Positions 38,036 to 47,969 of a DNA stretch of 64,000 nucleotides are shown here, piece after piece. Source of the stretch: an uncultured Clostridia bacterium (GTDB lineage Bacteria; Bacillota; Clostridia; Lachnospirales; Bianqueaceae); contig CALBGL010000066.1 of the NCBI GenBank assembly GCA_937892735.1, positions 226 to 64,225 on the forward strand. The letters run 5' to 3'. The translations under genes and the position numbers were made by a program. Each line of letters opens with the position of its first letter. The stretch's first letter is position 1. Under the pieces are notes generated by a model that was not told the DNA's origin, did no database searches, and was given only the letters and a program-made list of their open reading frames with translations.

Positions 38036-40945
38036 TTATAAGAGCTTTTGCAGGACATCCTGGCTTAAAAGCTCCTTAGGCAGGGATTCCTCCGTTATGA
38101 TCTGACTGGACAGCAATCGTTTGCTTTCCTGCATTTCCAGTATACGTTCCTCAATTGTGTCTTTCGCTATCAAACGGAAGACTGTCACCTTGTGTTTCTG
38201 TCCGATACGATGCGCTCTGTCTGTCGCCTGATTTTGTGCCGCCAGATTCCACCATGGATCGTAATGAATCACAATGTCCGCAGCAGTCAGATTCAGTCCA
38301 GTCCCGCCCGCTTTCAGGGAAATTAAAAATACTGATGTATCATCCATATGAAAACGCCGAACCAATTCTGCCCGTTTTTCTTTAGGAACGGAGCCTGTCA
38401 GCATATAATAAGAAATCGGTTCCTCATCCATACTTTGTGCCAGAAGGCTTAGCATGGAAGTAAACTGGGAAAATACGAGCACTTTATGTCCTCCCGCTAC
38501 CGCCTCCCGTAAGAGATGCAGACATGCCTCCTTCTTAGCCGAACTTCCTTTATAGTTTTCATATACCAGCGCCGGATCACAACAGATTTGCCGTAGGCGG
38601 ACAAGTGCCGTCAAAATCTGTATATTTCCTTGTATCCCGTGTGCCAAAGAACTTTTCAATTGCCATACATTCGCATTATACAGCTTTCTCTGTTCGTCCT
38701 CCATCCCCGCATAAATCGTGATTTCATTCTTATCCGGCAATTCTTTCAAAACATCCGCCTTCAGCCGTCGTAAGACAAATGGACGAGTCATCTGACGCAA
38801 TCGTCTTGTTGCTCTCTCATCGTTCTCCCTTACAATAGGGCCTTCAAACTCCTTCTGAAACCTCGTATAGCTAAAAAGCATCCCCGGCATCAGAAAATCA
38901 AAAATACTCCAAAGCTCACTTAATCGATTTTCAATCGGAGTTCCTGTCAGCGCGAATCGACGGATTGCCTGAATCTTCTTCACCGCTCTGGCCGCCTTTG
39001 TCGCATGGTTTTTAATCATTTGTGCCTCATCCAAAAACTGATAGCGGAAGATGTGATTTTGATACTGCGTCAGGTCTCTTTTCAGAAGATCGTATGAAGT
39101 GATCAGGACACATCCCGGAATCTGCCATGCTTCTAGAAGAAGCAGTTCTCTTTCCTGCATATTTCCCGCAATCACTACTTGATGCAGTTCTGGTGCAAAG
39201 CGTCTGATTTCGCTCTGCCAATTATAGATCAACGAAGACGGACATACAATCAGCACGGGCATTTCTTTCTCTTTTTCTTCCAGGCGATAAGACAGAATCA
39301 AAGAAATCACCTGCACTGTCTTACCGAGTCCCATATCATCTGCCAGGATTCCCCCAAACCCCATAGCATCCAGCGTACGCATCCATTGATATCCCGTCTT
39401 CTGATATTCCCGCAAGATTGGTTTCATGGACTCAGGCACCGGATAATTTGCCTTTTCTGCAGATACGATTTTCTGAATCAAGTCTTTAAAACCAGCATCT
39501 CGCACGACTTGTACTTCATCCGTATCTTCCTTCAATACCATATCCAAATATGCCGCCCGATACTGCGGCAGTTCGATTTCCCCCGCCTGTAGATCTTTCC
39601 CTCCTAAATGAAGCCCATCCAGAATCTCCGATAGCATCTCCAGAGAATTATCTTCGAGCCGAATGAACTCTCCACTATGCAATCGAAAGAACTTCTTTTT
39701 CTCTCGATAGTTTTCTAGCAACCGTTCCAGTTCCTCATACGGCAGATCTTCCGCCGCAATCTGCAGATACAGGAGCTGATTTCTAACCGAGATTCCCGTT
39801 TGTAGCCGCGGAGCACTCCGAATCCTCCATCTTCGAAGCGCTTCTGATACATAGACTTCACCGACTTGAGATAATGTCTGCTGTCCCTCATCCAGAAATG
39901 CAAAAAGATCCTCCTCCGACTTCATGTTGAATCTCCGTTCTTTCCGAATCACCTCCGGAAAGAAATGACGAACCATACTTAATGCCGCGGATTCCTTCGC
40001 CACATCTCGGTATGTATCCCCTAATCGTACCGGTTCAAAAACATTATAAACCTTGTCTCCATAGGATGTTTCAATGCGACAAGTCAGAAGATCCCTCTCT
40101 CCCTCTTCAATATAAATCCGAACCTGTGCCGGCTCTGGCCGAAACTTCTCCAGAATATCCTCTTCCATCTGCACATAGCAGTATCTTTGCAGTGTTGGCA
40201 AGAGTGCTGTAATCAGTACCGGCAAATCCGCATCCGCCACAAAAAATTGCTGTCCGGGCGCCTTGCTGCTGAATGTTAAAACGGGACGCATTTCCTTACT
40301 GTATTCTTCGCTACATCGATAAATACAATTCCCCCATTGCACAATGAGCCTCTCTGCTCCGCAAATCAGCCAGAAAAAACTGCTTTGCACAGATACTCCT
40401 CCCTCGCCCTTCTGAATCCACACATCCAGCTTGGGATTCTCTGAGATCACTTTCATCTGTCTTGGATGTCCCGTATATACAAGAATCTCCTTTTGCTCTC
40501 TCAGGTTCAGCAAGTCATTCAACAACTGGGGTGTAACAAAGAGCTTTCTAGCATCTATCTCCAACAAAGGGCTTTTCATCTGCTGAAGTTCTTTTATAGC
40601 CCGCACTACAAAATCTACTATAGGAAGCGATTCTTCGCAAAAGACACTTCGATCCAACAAAATTTCCAATTTCTTTCCATATCGAACTCGTGCGTGCCGA
40701 TCTAATTGATGGACAAATCCCTGTATATCCTTTAGGATATACAGGGTCCCTATTCCAATTTTAAATTCTACCCAAGGTCCTTGATCCTGAAAATGAAGAA
40801 TCGGGATCAACTGTACTTTTCCCGCGCTTTTCCCCTGGAAATACCGCATGCTGTCTCTCAGAGCATATGTTCTCAGGATTTCACGGCCATATTCGGAAGT
40901 CAGCTTTTCCTCCTGCTCTTCATCTATTCTTGTTTCCTCATCCAT
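38036..40945 (-). CDS. SNF2-family DEAD/H helicase with N-terminal SNF2-associated domain (YwqA-like)
   Basis: Motif I LADDMGLGKT, motif II DEAQ.IKN, helicase C motifs (LISLKAGGTGLNLT..D.VIHYDPWWN...QA.DRAHRIGQ) and a ~480-aa N-terminal region. Confidence 0.88.
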   Translation of the reverse strand: MDEETRIDEEQEEKLTSEYGREILRTYALRDSMRYFQGKSAGKVQLIPILHFQDQGPWVEFKIGIGTLYILKDIQGFVHQLDRHARVRYGKKLEILLDRSVFCEESLPIVDFVVRAIKELQQMKSPLLEIDARKLFVTPQLLNDLLNLREQKEILVYTGHPRQMKVISENPKLDVWIQKGEGGVSVQSSFFWLICGAERLIVQWGNCIYRCSEEYSKEMRPVLTFSSKAPGQQFFVADADLPVLITALLPTLQRYCYVQMEEDILEKFRPEPAQVRIYIEEGERDLLTCRIETSYGDKVYNVFEPVRLGDTYRDVAKESAALSMVRHFFPEVIRKERRFNMKSEEDLFAFLDEGQQTLSQVGEVYVSEALRRWRIRSAPRLQTGISVRNQLLYLQIAAEDLPYEELERLLENYREKKKFFRLHSGEFIRLEDNSLEMLSEILDGLHLGGKDLQAGEIELPQYRAAYLDMVLKEDTDEVQVVRDAGFKDLIQKIVSAEKANYPVPESMKPILREYQKTGYQWMRTLDAMGFGGILADDMGLGKTVQVISLILSYRLEEKEKEMPVLIVCPSSLIYNWQSEIRRFAPELHQVVIAGNMQERELLLLEAWQIPGCVLITSYDLLKRDLTQYQNHIFRYQFLDEAQMIKNHATKAARAVKKIQAIRRFALTGTPIENRLSELWSIFDFLMPGMLFSYTRFQKEFEGPIVRENDERATRRLRQMTRPFVLRRLKADVLKELPDKNEITIYAGMEDEQRKLYNANVWQLKSSLAHGIQGNIQILTALVRLRQICCDPALVYENYKGSSAKKEACLHLLREAVAGGHKVLVFSQFTSMLSLLAQSMDEEPISYYMLTGSVPKEKRAELVRRFHMDDTSVFLISLKAGGTGLNLTAADIVIHYDPWWNLAAQNQATDRAHRIGQKHKVTVFRLIAKDTIEERILEMQESKRLLSSQIITEESLPKELLSQDVLQKLL

Positions 40946-40971
40946 CCCGCATCGCTCCTTCTGCCCGTATC

Positions 40972-42240
40972 CTATTCTCTCCTCAGCGCCTCAATGGGAT
41001 TCAGATTCGCTGCTTTAATCGATGGTAAGAGGCCGAATATAATACCGACCGCCATTGAAAACAATACCGACAATACGATTGCCGGTATGCTGATCGCCAC
41101 CGGCGCGTCGGAAATCCGAGACACAATCTGCGACAGGCCGATTCCCAAAACCACACCCAAAATACCGCCCATACTTGTCAGAACCGATGCCTCCGTTAAG
41201 AACTGTCCCATGATCTTTCTCTTTCTGGCACCCAACGCCTTTTTGAGTCCGATCTCCCGAGTACGCTCAGAAACAGAAACCAGCATGATATTCATGACGC
41301 CAATTCCGCCTACCAACAGTGAAATACTGGCAATCCATATCAATTGCTGATTGGTCGCCGCGCTCAGATCCTGCAGATTTTTGGCCTGCTGCAACAAATC
41401 CGGACTTTTATACAATACTGTCTGCGTCGTATCCGTCTCGCTGACTCCCGCACGAGCGTTCAAAAGATCTGCTGTTTTCTTCCCCGCCTGGGTCATATCC
41501 TCTGTACTGGTTGCTCTGAGCGCTACCATCTGCGGTTCATCATATCGATACACGATCGGCCATGCCTTTCCAGGAATAAAGACTCTGCCTGTACCATTTT
41601 GATAATAATAGGTATAATAGTCTTCTTCCGTCTGAATATCCGGCTGGAAAGCATCTGTCTGCTGAACAATCCCAATAATCACAAATGGCTCGCCTTCCAT
41701 TTCAATAGTCTTCCCCAAAGGGTCTTCCCCTGGGAACAAAGCATCCGCGGCAGCCTGATCCAGAATTGCCACTTTCCTGGTTCCATCAAAATCTCTTCCG
41801 GAGAAAATCCTGCCCTGCACGGGTATATAATCATACACGTCGAAATAATTCTCATCGACTCCTATAACATACCCGTTTGTCAATCCCGTACTCAAATGAA
41901 AGATGCCTTCATATACACTGCGCTGCAGTACCAGCGAAGCTTCTGCCACTTCTGGAATTTCCCGGATCTCCTGCAGCACCTCTTCCGTAATCGGCTGAAA
42001 CTGATCTGGAATCGTAGAATACTGCGGTTCCAATGTGGAACTTCCTTCATACAAACGTACTAATACCGCATTATTTCCCGAACCGATGATATTTTCTTTG
42101 ATCTGCTCATTCGTTCCCTTAATCGTAGAAACAATGGTAATGATCGCCGCGATTCCGATAATAATACCCAGCATCGTCAGAATAGAACGCATCTTATGAG
42201 ACCAGATCCCCTGAAATGATAATCGAATATTTTCTAACAT
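40972..42240 (-). CDS. MacB/FtsX-type ABC transporter permease
   Basis: N-terminal TM (SILTMLGIIIGIAAI), a ~250-aa extracytoplasmic domain and a C-terminal FtsX 3-TM bundle with RTREIG..KALGA. Confidence 0.88.
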   Translation of the reverse strand: MLENIRLSFQGIWSHKMRSILTMLGIIIGIAAIITIVSTIKGTNEQIKENIIGSGNNAVLVRLYEGSSTLEPQYSTIPDQFQPITEEVLQEIREIPEVAEASLVLQRSVYEGIFHLSTGLTNGYVIGVDENYFDVYDYIPVQGRIFSGRDFDGTRKVAILDQAAADALFPGEDPLGKTIEMEGEPFVIIGIVQQTDAFQPDIQTEEDYYTYYYQNGTGRVFIPGKAWPIVYRYDEPQMVALRATSTEDMTQAGKKTADLLNARAGVSETDTTQTVLYKSPDLLQQAKNLQDLSAATNQQLIWIASISLLVGGIGVMNIMLVSVSERTREIGLKKALGARKRKIMGQFLTEASVLTSMGGILGVVLGIGLSQIVSRISDAPVAISIPAIVLSVLFSMAVGIIFGLLPSIKAANLNPIEALRRE

Positions 42241-42250
42241 TGTCCCTCTC

Positions 42251-44368
42251 CTACATCAACAGTTCGTCACCCTGCGGCACCGTCTTAACGCCCTCCTGAG
42301 CCGCCTTCCCATAGGGAAACGCAATCGAGTCTTCCATCGTCAGGCCGCTCAGGACTTCCATATAGTAACCGCCGTCCAACATGCGTCCCAGTTCAATATA
42401 CCGCTTTTCCAGTACACCATCCCGATCTGCCAGTACATAGCTCTGGCCATTCTCTTCTCGAATATACATCTTAGGAATACAGAAGGTATCTTCCGACGTC
42501 TGATTCGGCGTCAGCGTCAGCTCGATGGATTCTCCCTCCTCTAAAGCACTGTAGTCATCAAAATAAACGGTGAACGGATAATACGAAGCATTCATATTAT
42601 CGCTGCTGCTCCATCCTTGCGGCTCCGTAGGAAACGCACCTACTTCTGTGACCGTCCCTTCATAGGACATACCGCTCATCCAGGACATACCGCTGACCTT
42701 CTGACCTACCTGCACCTGCTCTAAGTTAAATTCACTCATGACACCCGTCACGTAGAATCCTTCATCGCCCGTCACGACAGCGACTGGCATTCCTACTAAT
42801 GCTCCATCCGGTGTAAGAGAAGTGACTTTCCCGTTGACCGTACTGCGAACCACTGTATCCTCCAGCTTTTTACGAGTCTTTTCCAATTCCAGTTCCGCCA
42901 TCTTCTGGCTCAGTTCCAGGTCTCGGATTTCCAGTTCCTTTTCCCGAATCTGTCTCTCTAATTCTTCTTTTGTCGGTCCCTGAGGCTCTGGATCTGGAAT
43001 CGGTTCCGGCTCCTCTGGAAATGATTCTTCCGGATAAGACTCTTCCGGCACAGACTCCTCTGCCGAGGAATCATCTCCTGGCTGCGAAGTTTCCTGTCCA
43101 TATAAGTTGAAGATGCCTCCACGCTGTAATGTCAGATGAATCATCCCCTCTTCCACCGGCAGTTCCGTCAGGATGTCGCTGCCAACGACAGTGACCGTCT
43201 GCACATTGTCCATATACACCCTAAGATTCATAGACAAGACCATTTCCTTAGGCAATTCCTCCTGTGCCACTGCAAGGATCATGGACAAATCATCTATGGA
43301 TGTTAAATAGACGCCTAAATCCCAGATCTCTATCTTTTCCGGCGCAGTCAGCCCTTCTGTACTCATATACCAGGCATACTGCAGATCCTCTTCCGGATCA
43401 TCCAGCTTATACTTTTCAAATACACAGTATACCGGATCCCATCCAATCCATCGCTCATAAAAACTCTGCATGAGCTTCGCATTCTGCGCAATACGATACC
43501 GATACGGATCCTGCAAAGTACCCGTTCCCGCATACGGCTCGCTTTCCTCCGTCAATACCGTAATCGGCCCTTCTTCTACAGGTTCCTCTGGATGGCTGGA
43601 ATCCTCTCCAGAAGATTCCTCTTTAGAGGATTCCTCCGCAGAAGACTCTTCCGGCTGACTCGATTCTTCTTTTGAGGATTCTTCGGATGCACTGGATTCC
43701 TCCTCGGATGGTTCTTCCGGTCCAGTGGATTCTTCCATAGAAGATTCCTCCAGATCGGACGATTCTTCGGGAAGATAAGATTCTTCCTTCGATGATTCTT
43801 GCGGAACAAGAGAAGACTCTTCTCCCCCAGGATTCTCTTCTTGAGAGGATTCCTCCGGTTGTGTGGATTCTTCTTCTGAAGAGATGTTGGAATCCTGTTG
43901 ATGGGGTTCCTCTGCCGTTCCTTCACTCGATACCAACACAACACTGAGCCCGCTGGCATCCGACGGTTTTGTATTTTTCAATTCATTCAATTCGCGGTAC
44001 AGCCGATCCATACGAACATCCATGGAATCCAAGTTCAGCTCCTGTCGTTCGACTTCTAGCTGAATCGCTGTAGGATCATAGCTGAGAATTGGATCTCCAA
44101 TCTGTACAGAATCTCCTTCTTGCACATAAAACTCCTGCACCTGCTGTTCGGTACTAGCTATAACCCGTTGCGAATATCCCGATTGTACATACCCATAGCT
44201 CGTGTCATTATCCCAATAACTGGAGGCTATATTCATGACTGGGATTACCTCCGCCGTCATATTATTATTTTTATTTCCAGCAGCCCAAGCCAGAATCCCC
44301 GCAACAATCGCTATGCATAGAACCGATGAAAGTACAATGACAGAAACCTTCTTTGCCTTCTTTGTCAT
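42251..44368 (-). CDS. HlyD/membrane-fusion (periplasmic adaptor) family protein with a large insertion
   Basis: N-terminal TM anchor, lipoyl half-motifs (V.EGD.V..GD.L), coiled-coil helices and C-terminal barrel/MP domains. Residues ~134-465 are inserted between the two coiled-coil helices. Confidence 0.8.
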   Translation of the reverse strand: MTKKAKKVSVIVLSSVLCIAIVAGILAWAAGNKNNNMTAEVIPVMNIASSYWDNDTSYGYVQSGYSQRVIASTEQQVQEFYVQEGDSVQIGDPILSYDPTAIQLEVERQELNLDSMDVRMDRLYRELNELKNTKPSDASGLSVVLVSSEGTAEEPHQQDSNISSEEESTQPEESSQEENPGGEESSLVPQESSKEESYLPEESSDLEESSMEESTGPEEPSEEESSASEESSKEESSQPEESSAEESSKEESSGEDSSHPEEPVEEGPITVLTEESEPYAGTGTLQDPYRYRIAQNAKLMQSFYERWIGWDPVYCVFEKYKLDDPEEDLQYAWYMSTEGLTAPEKIEIWDLGVYLTSIDDLSMILAVAQEELPKEMVLSMNLRVYMDNVQTVTVVGSDILTELPVEEGMIHLTLQRGGIFNLYGQETSQPGDDSSAEESVPEESYPEESFPEEPEPIPDPEPQGPTKEELERQIREKELEIRDLELSQKMAELELEKTRKKLEDTVVRSTVNGKVTSLTPDGALVGMPVAVVTGDEGFYVTGVMSEFNLEQVQVGQKVSGMSWMSGMSYEGTVTEVGAFPTEPQGWSSSDNMNASYYPFTVYFDDYSALEEGESIELTLTPNQTSEDTFCIPKMYIREENGQSYVLADRDGVLEKRYIELGRMLDGGYYMEVLSGLTMEDSIAFPYGKAAQEGVKTVPQGDELLM
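43565..43921 (-). repeat. degenerate in-frame Glu/Ser-rich coding repeats (low complexity)
   Basis: The plus strand shows many copies of GGATTCYTC-like units. The translation is ...EESSQEENPGGEESSLVPQESSKEESYLPEESSDLEESSMEES...EESSKEESSQPEESSAEESSKEESS... Confidence 0.85.
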
Positions 44369-45054
44369 ACCCTTTCCTCCCCTCCATCCCGGTGAAACAG
44401 CTCTCCATCACGAATCATCAGACGCCTGCCTGCCTGCGCTGCTATATCCGGTTCATGTGTAATCATGATAATGGTCACACCTTCTTTATTCAAAACATGA
44501 AACAACTCCATGATCTGTTCTCCTGATTTTGTATCCAGCGCGCCGGTTGGCTCATCTGCCAGCAGAATACTCGGAGAATTCGCCATGGCCCTTGCGATAG
44601 CTACCCGCTGTTGCTGTCCGCCAGACAACTGATTGGGCCGGAATGTCATTCGATCTTCCAACCCTACTTTTTTTAGCATTTCCGCAGCTATTTCTTTACG
44701 CTCCTTGGATTTTCTCCCTGCATACACCAAGGGAAGTTCCACGTTCTCCAAAGCGCTCTGTCTGGGCAGAAGATGAAAGTTCTGAAAAACAAAACCAATC
44801 TGACGATTCCGAAGCATTGCCAATTCCCGATCATTCTTTTCCAGAACATTTTCTCCATTCAAGGTATACTCTCCCGATGTAGGCAGATCCAAACAACCGA
44901 TAATATTCATCAACGTGGATTTCCCAGATCCCGAGGGACCCATGATGGATAGGAAATCCCCCTTTTCTACCTGCAAGGAAATATTCTTTAATACGGGCAC
45001 TTCCATCTTTCCCTGCATATAGTTTTTATAGATGTTTTTTAATTCCAGGATCAT
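44365..45054 (-). CDS. MacB/LolD-type ABC transporter ATP-binding protein
   Basis: Walker A GPSGSGKST, signature LSGGQQQR, Walker B LLADEPTGALD; 229 aa. Confidence 0.92.
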   Translation of the reverse strand: MILELKNIYKNYMQGKMEVPVLKNISLQVEKGDFLSIMGPSGSGKSTLMNIIGCLDLPTSGEYTLNGENVLEKNDRELAMLRNRQIGFVFQNFHLLPRQSALENVELPLVYAGRKSKERKEIAAEMLKKVGLEDRMTFRPNQLSGGQQQRVAIARAMANSPSILLADEPTGALDTKSGEQIMELFHVLNKEGVTIIMITHEPDIAAQAGRRLMIRDGELFHRDGGEERV

Positions 45055-46250
45055 GGCATCATGCCTCCCTGATCCTCCGGAGATGTCTGCATCATATTCC
45101 GCGTTGTTGTCTGCCCCTCGGACAGCCCTTCTCTGGGGGACGCAATATAATCCTCCGGTGTCAATCCAGAGAGAATCTCATACGTATCCTCCACTTCATA
45201 GTACGTCCCCAGTGTGACGGCTCTCTTCTCCAGTTTTCCATCCCGATCCGCCCATACATACCATTGATCGCCTTCCTGCATCAAATAAGCAGAGGGGATT
45301 GCCAATAGATCTTCTCCGGCAGATTCGCTGAGCAGCTCCACATAGACATGCTGTCCCAGAATCAAACCATCATAAGAATCTAACACAATATAAAAAGCAT
45401 AGGACGAAGAAGTCTGCGATGCATCTGTATTACTCATTCCATAATACATGCCATTGACATTATCTTCTGTTTGACTGGTATCAATCTCAGAGATCACTCC
45501 CGTCCACGTTTGATCCTCAAATACTCTGGAACGAACCAACACCGCGCTGCCAGGCGTAATCTGATGAACATTCTGCTCGTTAATCTTAGCCTTTATTCGG
45601 TATTCCCCCGATGCCATCAACGTGATATATGTCTTCTCCTGACCATACATATCGGTAGTATCGCCATCCAGAACCGTTTCATCAATCGACTGCACGACGC
45701 CGGTCATCGTGCTGTACACCGTGTCATTTTCCATCTGATTTTTCTGTTTATCCATCTCGGTCTGTTTCACTTTTTTATCATACTCTGCCTGCTTAATCGA
45801 AGCTAACCGGTTCTGAATCTCAATTGTATACTGCAGCTGATTATCTTCCGAAGCGGACTTCTTCTCCTCTTCCAGAGCCGCAATCTCTGAATAATATGTA
45901 CTGATTGAATTATCCAATTGTTCAATCTCAAGCTGTGCCTGTTCCAACGTGAATTGAATTTCCTCTGTATCATAAACAAACAGCGGATCCCCCTCCTGCA
46001 CGCTCTGTCCTTCTTCTACCAATGTCGTTTTGACTGTCCGTCCCTGTTCTGGATTCACTTTCAAAGTCGCCTGCGGCTCTACCATGCCGGCAAAACGATT
46101 TTGTACCCCTGCAAATCCATTCATACCCGCAAGTTCCCCTACACTGTCCACATAGACGTCTTCCGACTCATCTCCCACGCGATCTCCGCATCCTGTGAGC
46201 AGCAGTCCCAATGCCAAACACAGTGCGATGATCCGATCCCACTTCCTCAT
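45051..46250 (-). CDS. HlyD/membrane-fusion family lipoprotein
   Basis: Lipobox LLLTGC, lipoyl motif V.EGQ.V.EGD.LF, a coiled coil and a C-terminal barrel domain. Start at the ATG preceded by GGGGGA. Confidence 0.85.
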   Translation of the reverse strand: MRKWDRIIALCLALGLLLTGCGDRVGDESEDVYVDSVGELAGMNGFAGVQNRFAGMVEPQATLKVNPEQGRTVKTTLVEEGQSVQEGDPLFVYDTEEIQFTLEQAQLEIEQLDNSISTYYSEIAALEEEKKSASEDNQLQYTIEIQNRLASIKQAEYDKKVKQTEMDKQKNQMENDTVYSTMTGVVQSIDETVLDGDTTDMYGQEKTYITLMASGEYRIKAKINEQNVHQITPGSAVLVRSRVFEDQTWTGVISEIDTSQTEDNVNGMYYGMSNTDASQTSSSYAFYIVLDSYDGLILGQHVYVELLSESAGEDLLAIPSAYLMQEGDQWYVWADRDGKLEKRAVTLGTYYEVEDTYEILSGLTPEDYIASPREGLSEGQTTTRNMMQTSPEDQGGMMP

Positions 46251-46341
46251 ACAATTGTCCCCCATTCTTTAAGGTTGATTTCCGTTTCAGTATATCAGAT
46301 TCCTTCTGAAAACTCAACTATGTAAATCAAAAGATTTTCTT

Positions 46342-46382
46342 AAAAAAAGCCGCCTGCGTTCTGTTCCCAACAGTTCCGCAGA
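46342..46382 (-). terminator. intrinsic terminator after coaX
   Basis: Reverse strand shows CTGCGGAACTGTT-GGG-AACAGAACGCAG...GC followed by TTTTTTT. Confidence 0.65.
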
Positions 46383-46394
46383 CAGCTCTTTCCA

Positions 46395-47159
46395 TCACTG
46401 ATTCTTCTGATAAATCAACCATAATCCATCTAAAAGAAGATGATCATCCCGAATAAATTTTCTTCGACAATAAGGAATCACAGCTGCCGCCAATCCTCCC
46501 GTAGCAATCAGAGCTGCCTTCATTCCCAGCTCTTCCTCAATCCGTTCCGCTATACCATCCATCATGGCCGCAGTCCCCAACACACTGCCTGATCGCATGC
46601 TATCAATAGTATTTGTACCGATCACATGCTTTGGCACGGTCAGATCGATATGGGGCAGCTGAGACGTGTGTTCCGATAAAGCCGCCAGCGCAGTACGTAC
46701 TCCAGGCAGAATCACAACTCCCCTGAAACTTCCATTTTTGTCAATAACAGAAGCTGTAGTCGCCGTTCCCAGATCAAAAACAATCTGCGGCACAGGATAC
46801 TTGTGCAGAGAAGCTACTGCCCCTGCTACCATGTCCGCTCCCAGCTGTGCCGGATTATCGATTTTGATATTCAGTCCCGATTTGACTCCTGGCCCCACCA
46901 CCAACGGTTCCCTGCCAATTATATACTGAACCGCCTTCACTAACGGAGATATCAGCGGCGGCACTACCGTAGAGATGATTCCCCCCTCCAGTTCTTTACA
47001 ATCCACATCATTAATATCCAACCAACATTTAAATTTTATAGCGTACTCTTCCGCCGTTGTCTCAAGATCCGTCTCGAAGCGGCCTACATAGCGCGCTCCT
47101 CTCTCATCCAGGCATCCGGCAACCAGATGCGTATTTCCCACATCAATCGCAAAAATCAC
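46395..47159 (-). CDS. coaX: type III pantothenate kinase
   Basis: IFAIDVGNT...DLGTATT...GG motifs of the acetate/sugar kinase fold. GTG start preceded by AAAGGAAGAG. Confidence 0.9.
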   Translation of the reverse strand: MIFAIDVGNTHLVAGCLDERGARYVGRFETDLETTAEEYAIKFKCWLDINDVDCKELEGGIISTVVPPLISPLVKAVQYIIGREPLVVGPGVKSGLNIKIDNPAQLGADMVAGAVASLHKYPVPQIVFDLGTATTASVIDKNGSFRGVVILPGVRTALAALSEHTSQLPHIDLTVPKHVIGTNTIDSMRSGSVLGTAAMMDGIAERIEEELGMKAALIATGGLAAAVIPYCRRKFIRDDHLLLDGLWLIYQKNQ

Positions 47160-47212
47160 TATACTCTTCCTTTCTTTTACAAAAAGGGCGGAGTTTCCTC
47201 CGCTCCTCTTCC

Positions 47213-47836
47213 TTATATATCCGATGGAAACTGGCGTTTCATGACCACATCCAGCGCCTTACTGATGGCAGCGGCCACAATAAAGCAAACAATCGCCTCT
47301 ATGACGCCATTCAGCCCCACAAATACGCCTACAAACGCCAGGAGATTCATCCCCCCTCGCATTCCCATAATATAATCTGTCTGTCCAAAGAGAAGCAACA
47401 CGCCCCCCACAAAAAATATAGTATTCAACAGCGCGCCGCATAAACTTGTCACACAGTACGAGAGCGACTTCGATTTGGTCCGATCCACACGCACCAAACC
47501 GCGGAAAATCAATCCACATAGCCATCCCATCAGAATTCTTGGCACCATACACACCAGAAAGGTAAATACTGGCTGAATCCCCAACAGCACATTTCCAAAA
47601 GAACTCATACCGAAGCATTGCATAAAGCTTGCCAAGCCAAACATGGCTCCTAAGAAGGCTCCTGCACCGGGCCCCATCACAATCGCTCCGATGATCACCG
47701 GAATCATGATAAATGTGATTTCCACCATCCCCACATGAAGAAACCCAATGGGAGTAAATCCCATGAGGAAAATGATGGCTGTAAGTATGGCCAACTGTGC
47801 CATCCTACTTGTTTTTGCAGAAATATTCTTGTTCAT
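47213..47836 (-). CDS. ECF transporter S component (PanT-like; substrate inferred from coaX adjacency)
   Basis: 207 aa with six TM segments and an N-terminal ...LAILTAIIFLMGFTPIGFL... pattern typical of ECF S components. A hairpin terminator separates it from coaX. Confidence 0.6.
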   Translation of the reverse strand: MNKNISAKTSRMAQLAILTAIIFLMGFTPIGFLHVGMVEITFIMIPVIIGAIVMGPGAGAFLGAMFGLASFMQCFGMSSFGNVLLGIQPVFTFLVCMVPRILMGWLCGLIFRGLVRVDRTKSKSLSYCVTSLCGALLNTIFFVGGVLLLFGQTDYIMGMRGGMNLLAFVGVFVGLNGVIEAIVCFIVAAAISKALDVVMKRQFPSDI

Positions 47837-47940
47837 TCGATTATCCTCCTGCTATTGTTTTCGTGTCAGACAGTCGCTTTTCCCGAGACTTCTGCATGCC
47901 CCGCGACGTCCTCTCTGCAATTGAAATACAATGCAGGCTT

Positions 47941-47969
47941 ATTATACCCGGTCGTTCTTAAATTTTCAA
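47941..47969 (-). promoter_or_regulatory. sigma-A type promoter upstream of the S-component gene
   Basis: Reverse strand reads TTGAAA, 17 nt, TATAAT, leaving a ~100-nt 5' UTR. Confidence 0.6.

Noticed and set aside
38036-40945. The SNF2 helicase as part of a defence system (DISARM/Zorya/BREX-like).
   Set aside because: There is no methyltransferase, nuclease, PLD, DUF1998 or other partner gene adjacent. The architecture (SNF2-associated N-domain plus SNF2 core) matches the stand-alone YwqA-type housekeeping helicase.
43565-43921. Short periodic GGATTCYTC-like repeats considered as a possible CRISPR array or VNTR.
   Set aside because: They lie inside a continuous ORF, have no constant-length spacers and translate to an E/S-rich linker. 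This is coding low complexity, not CRISPR.
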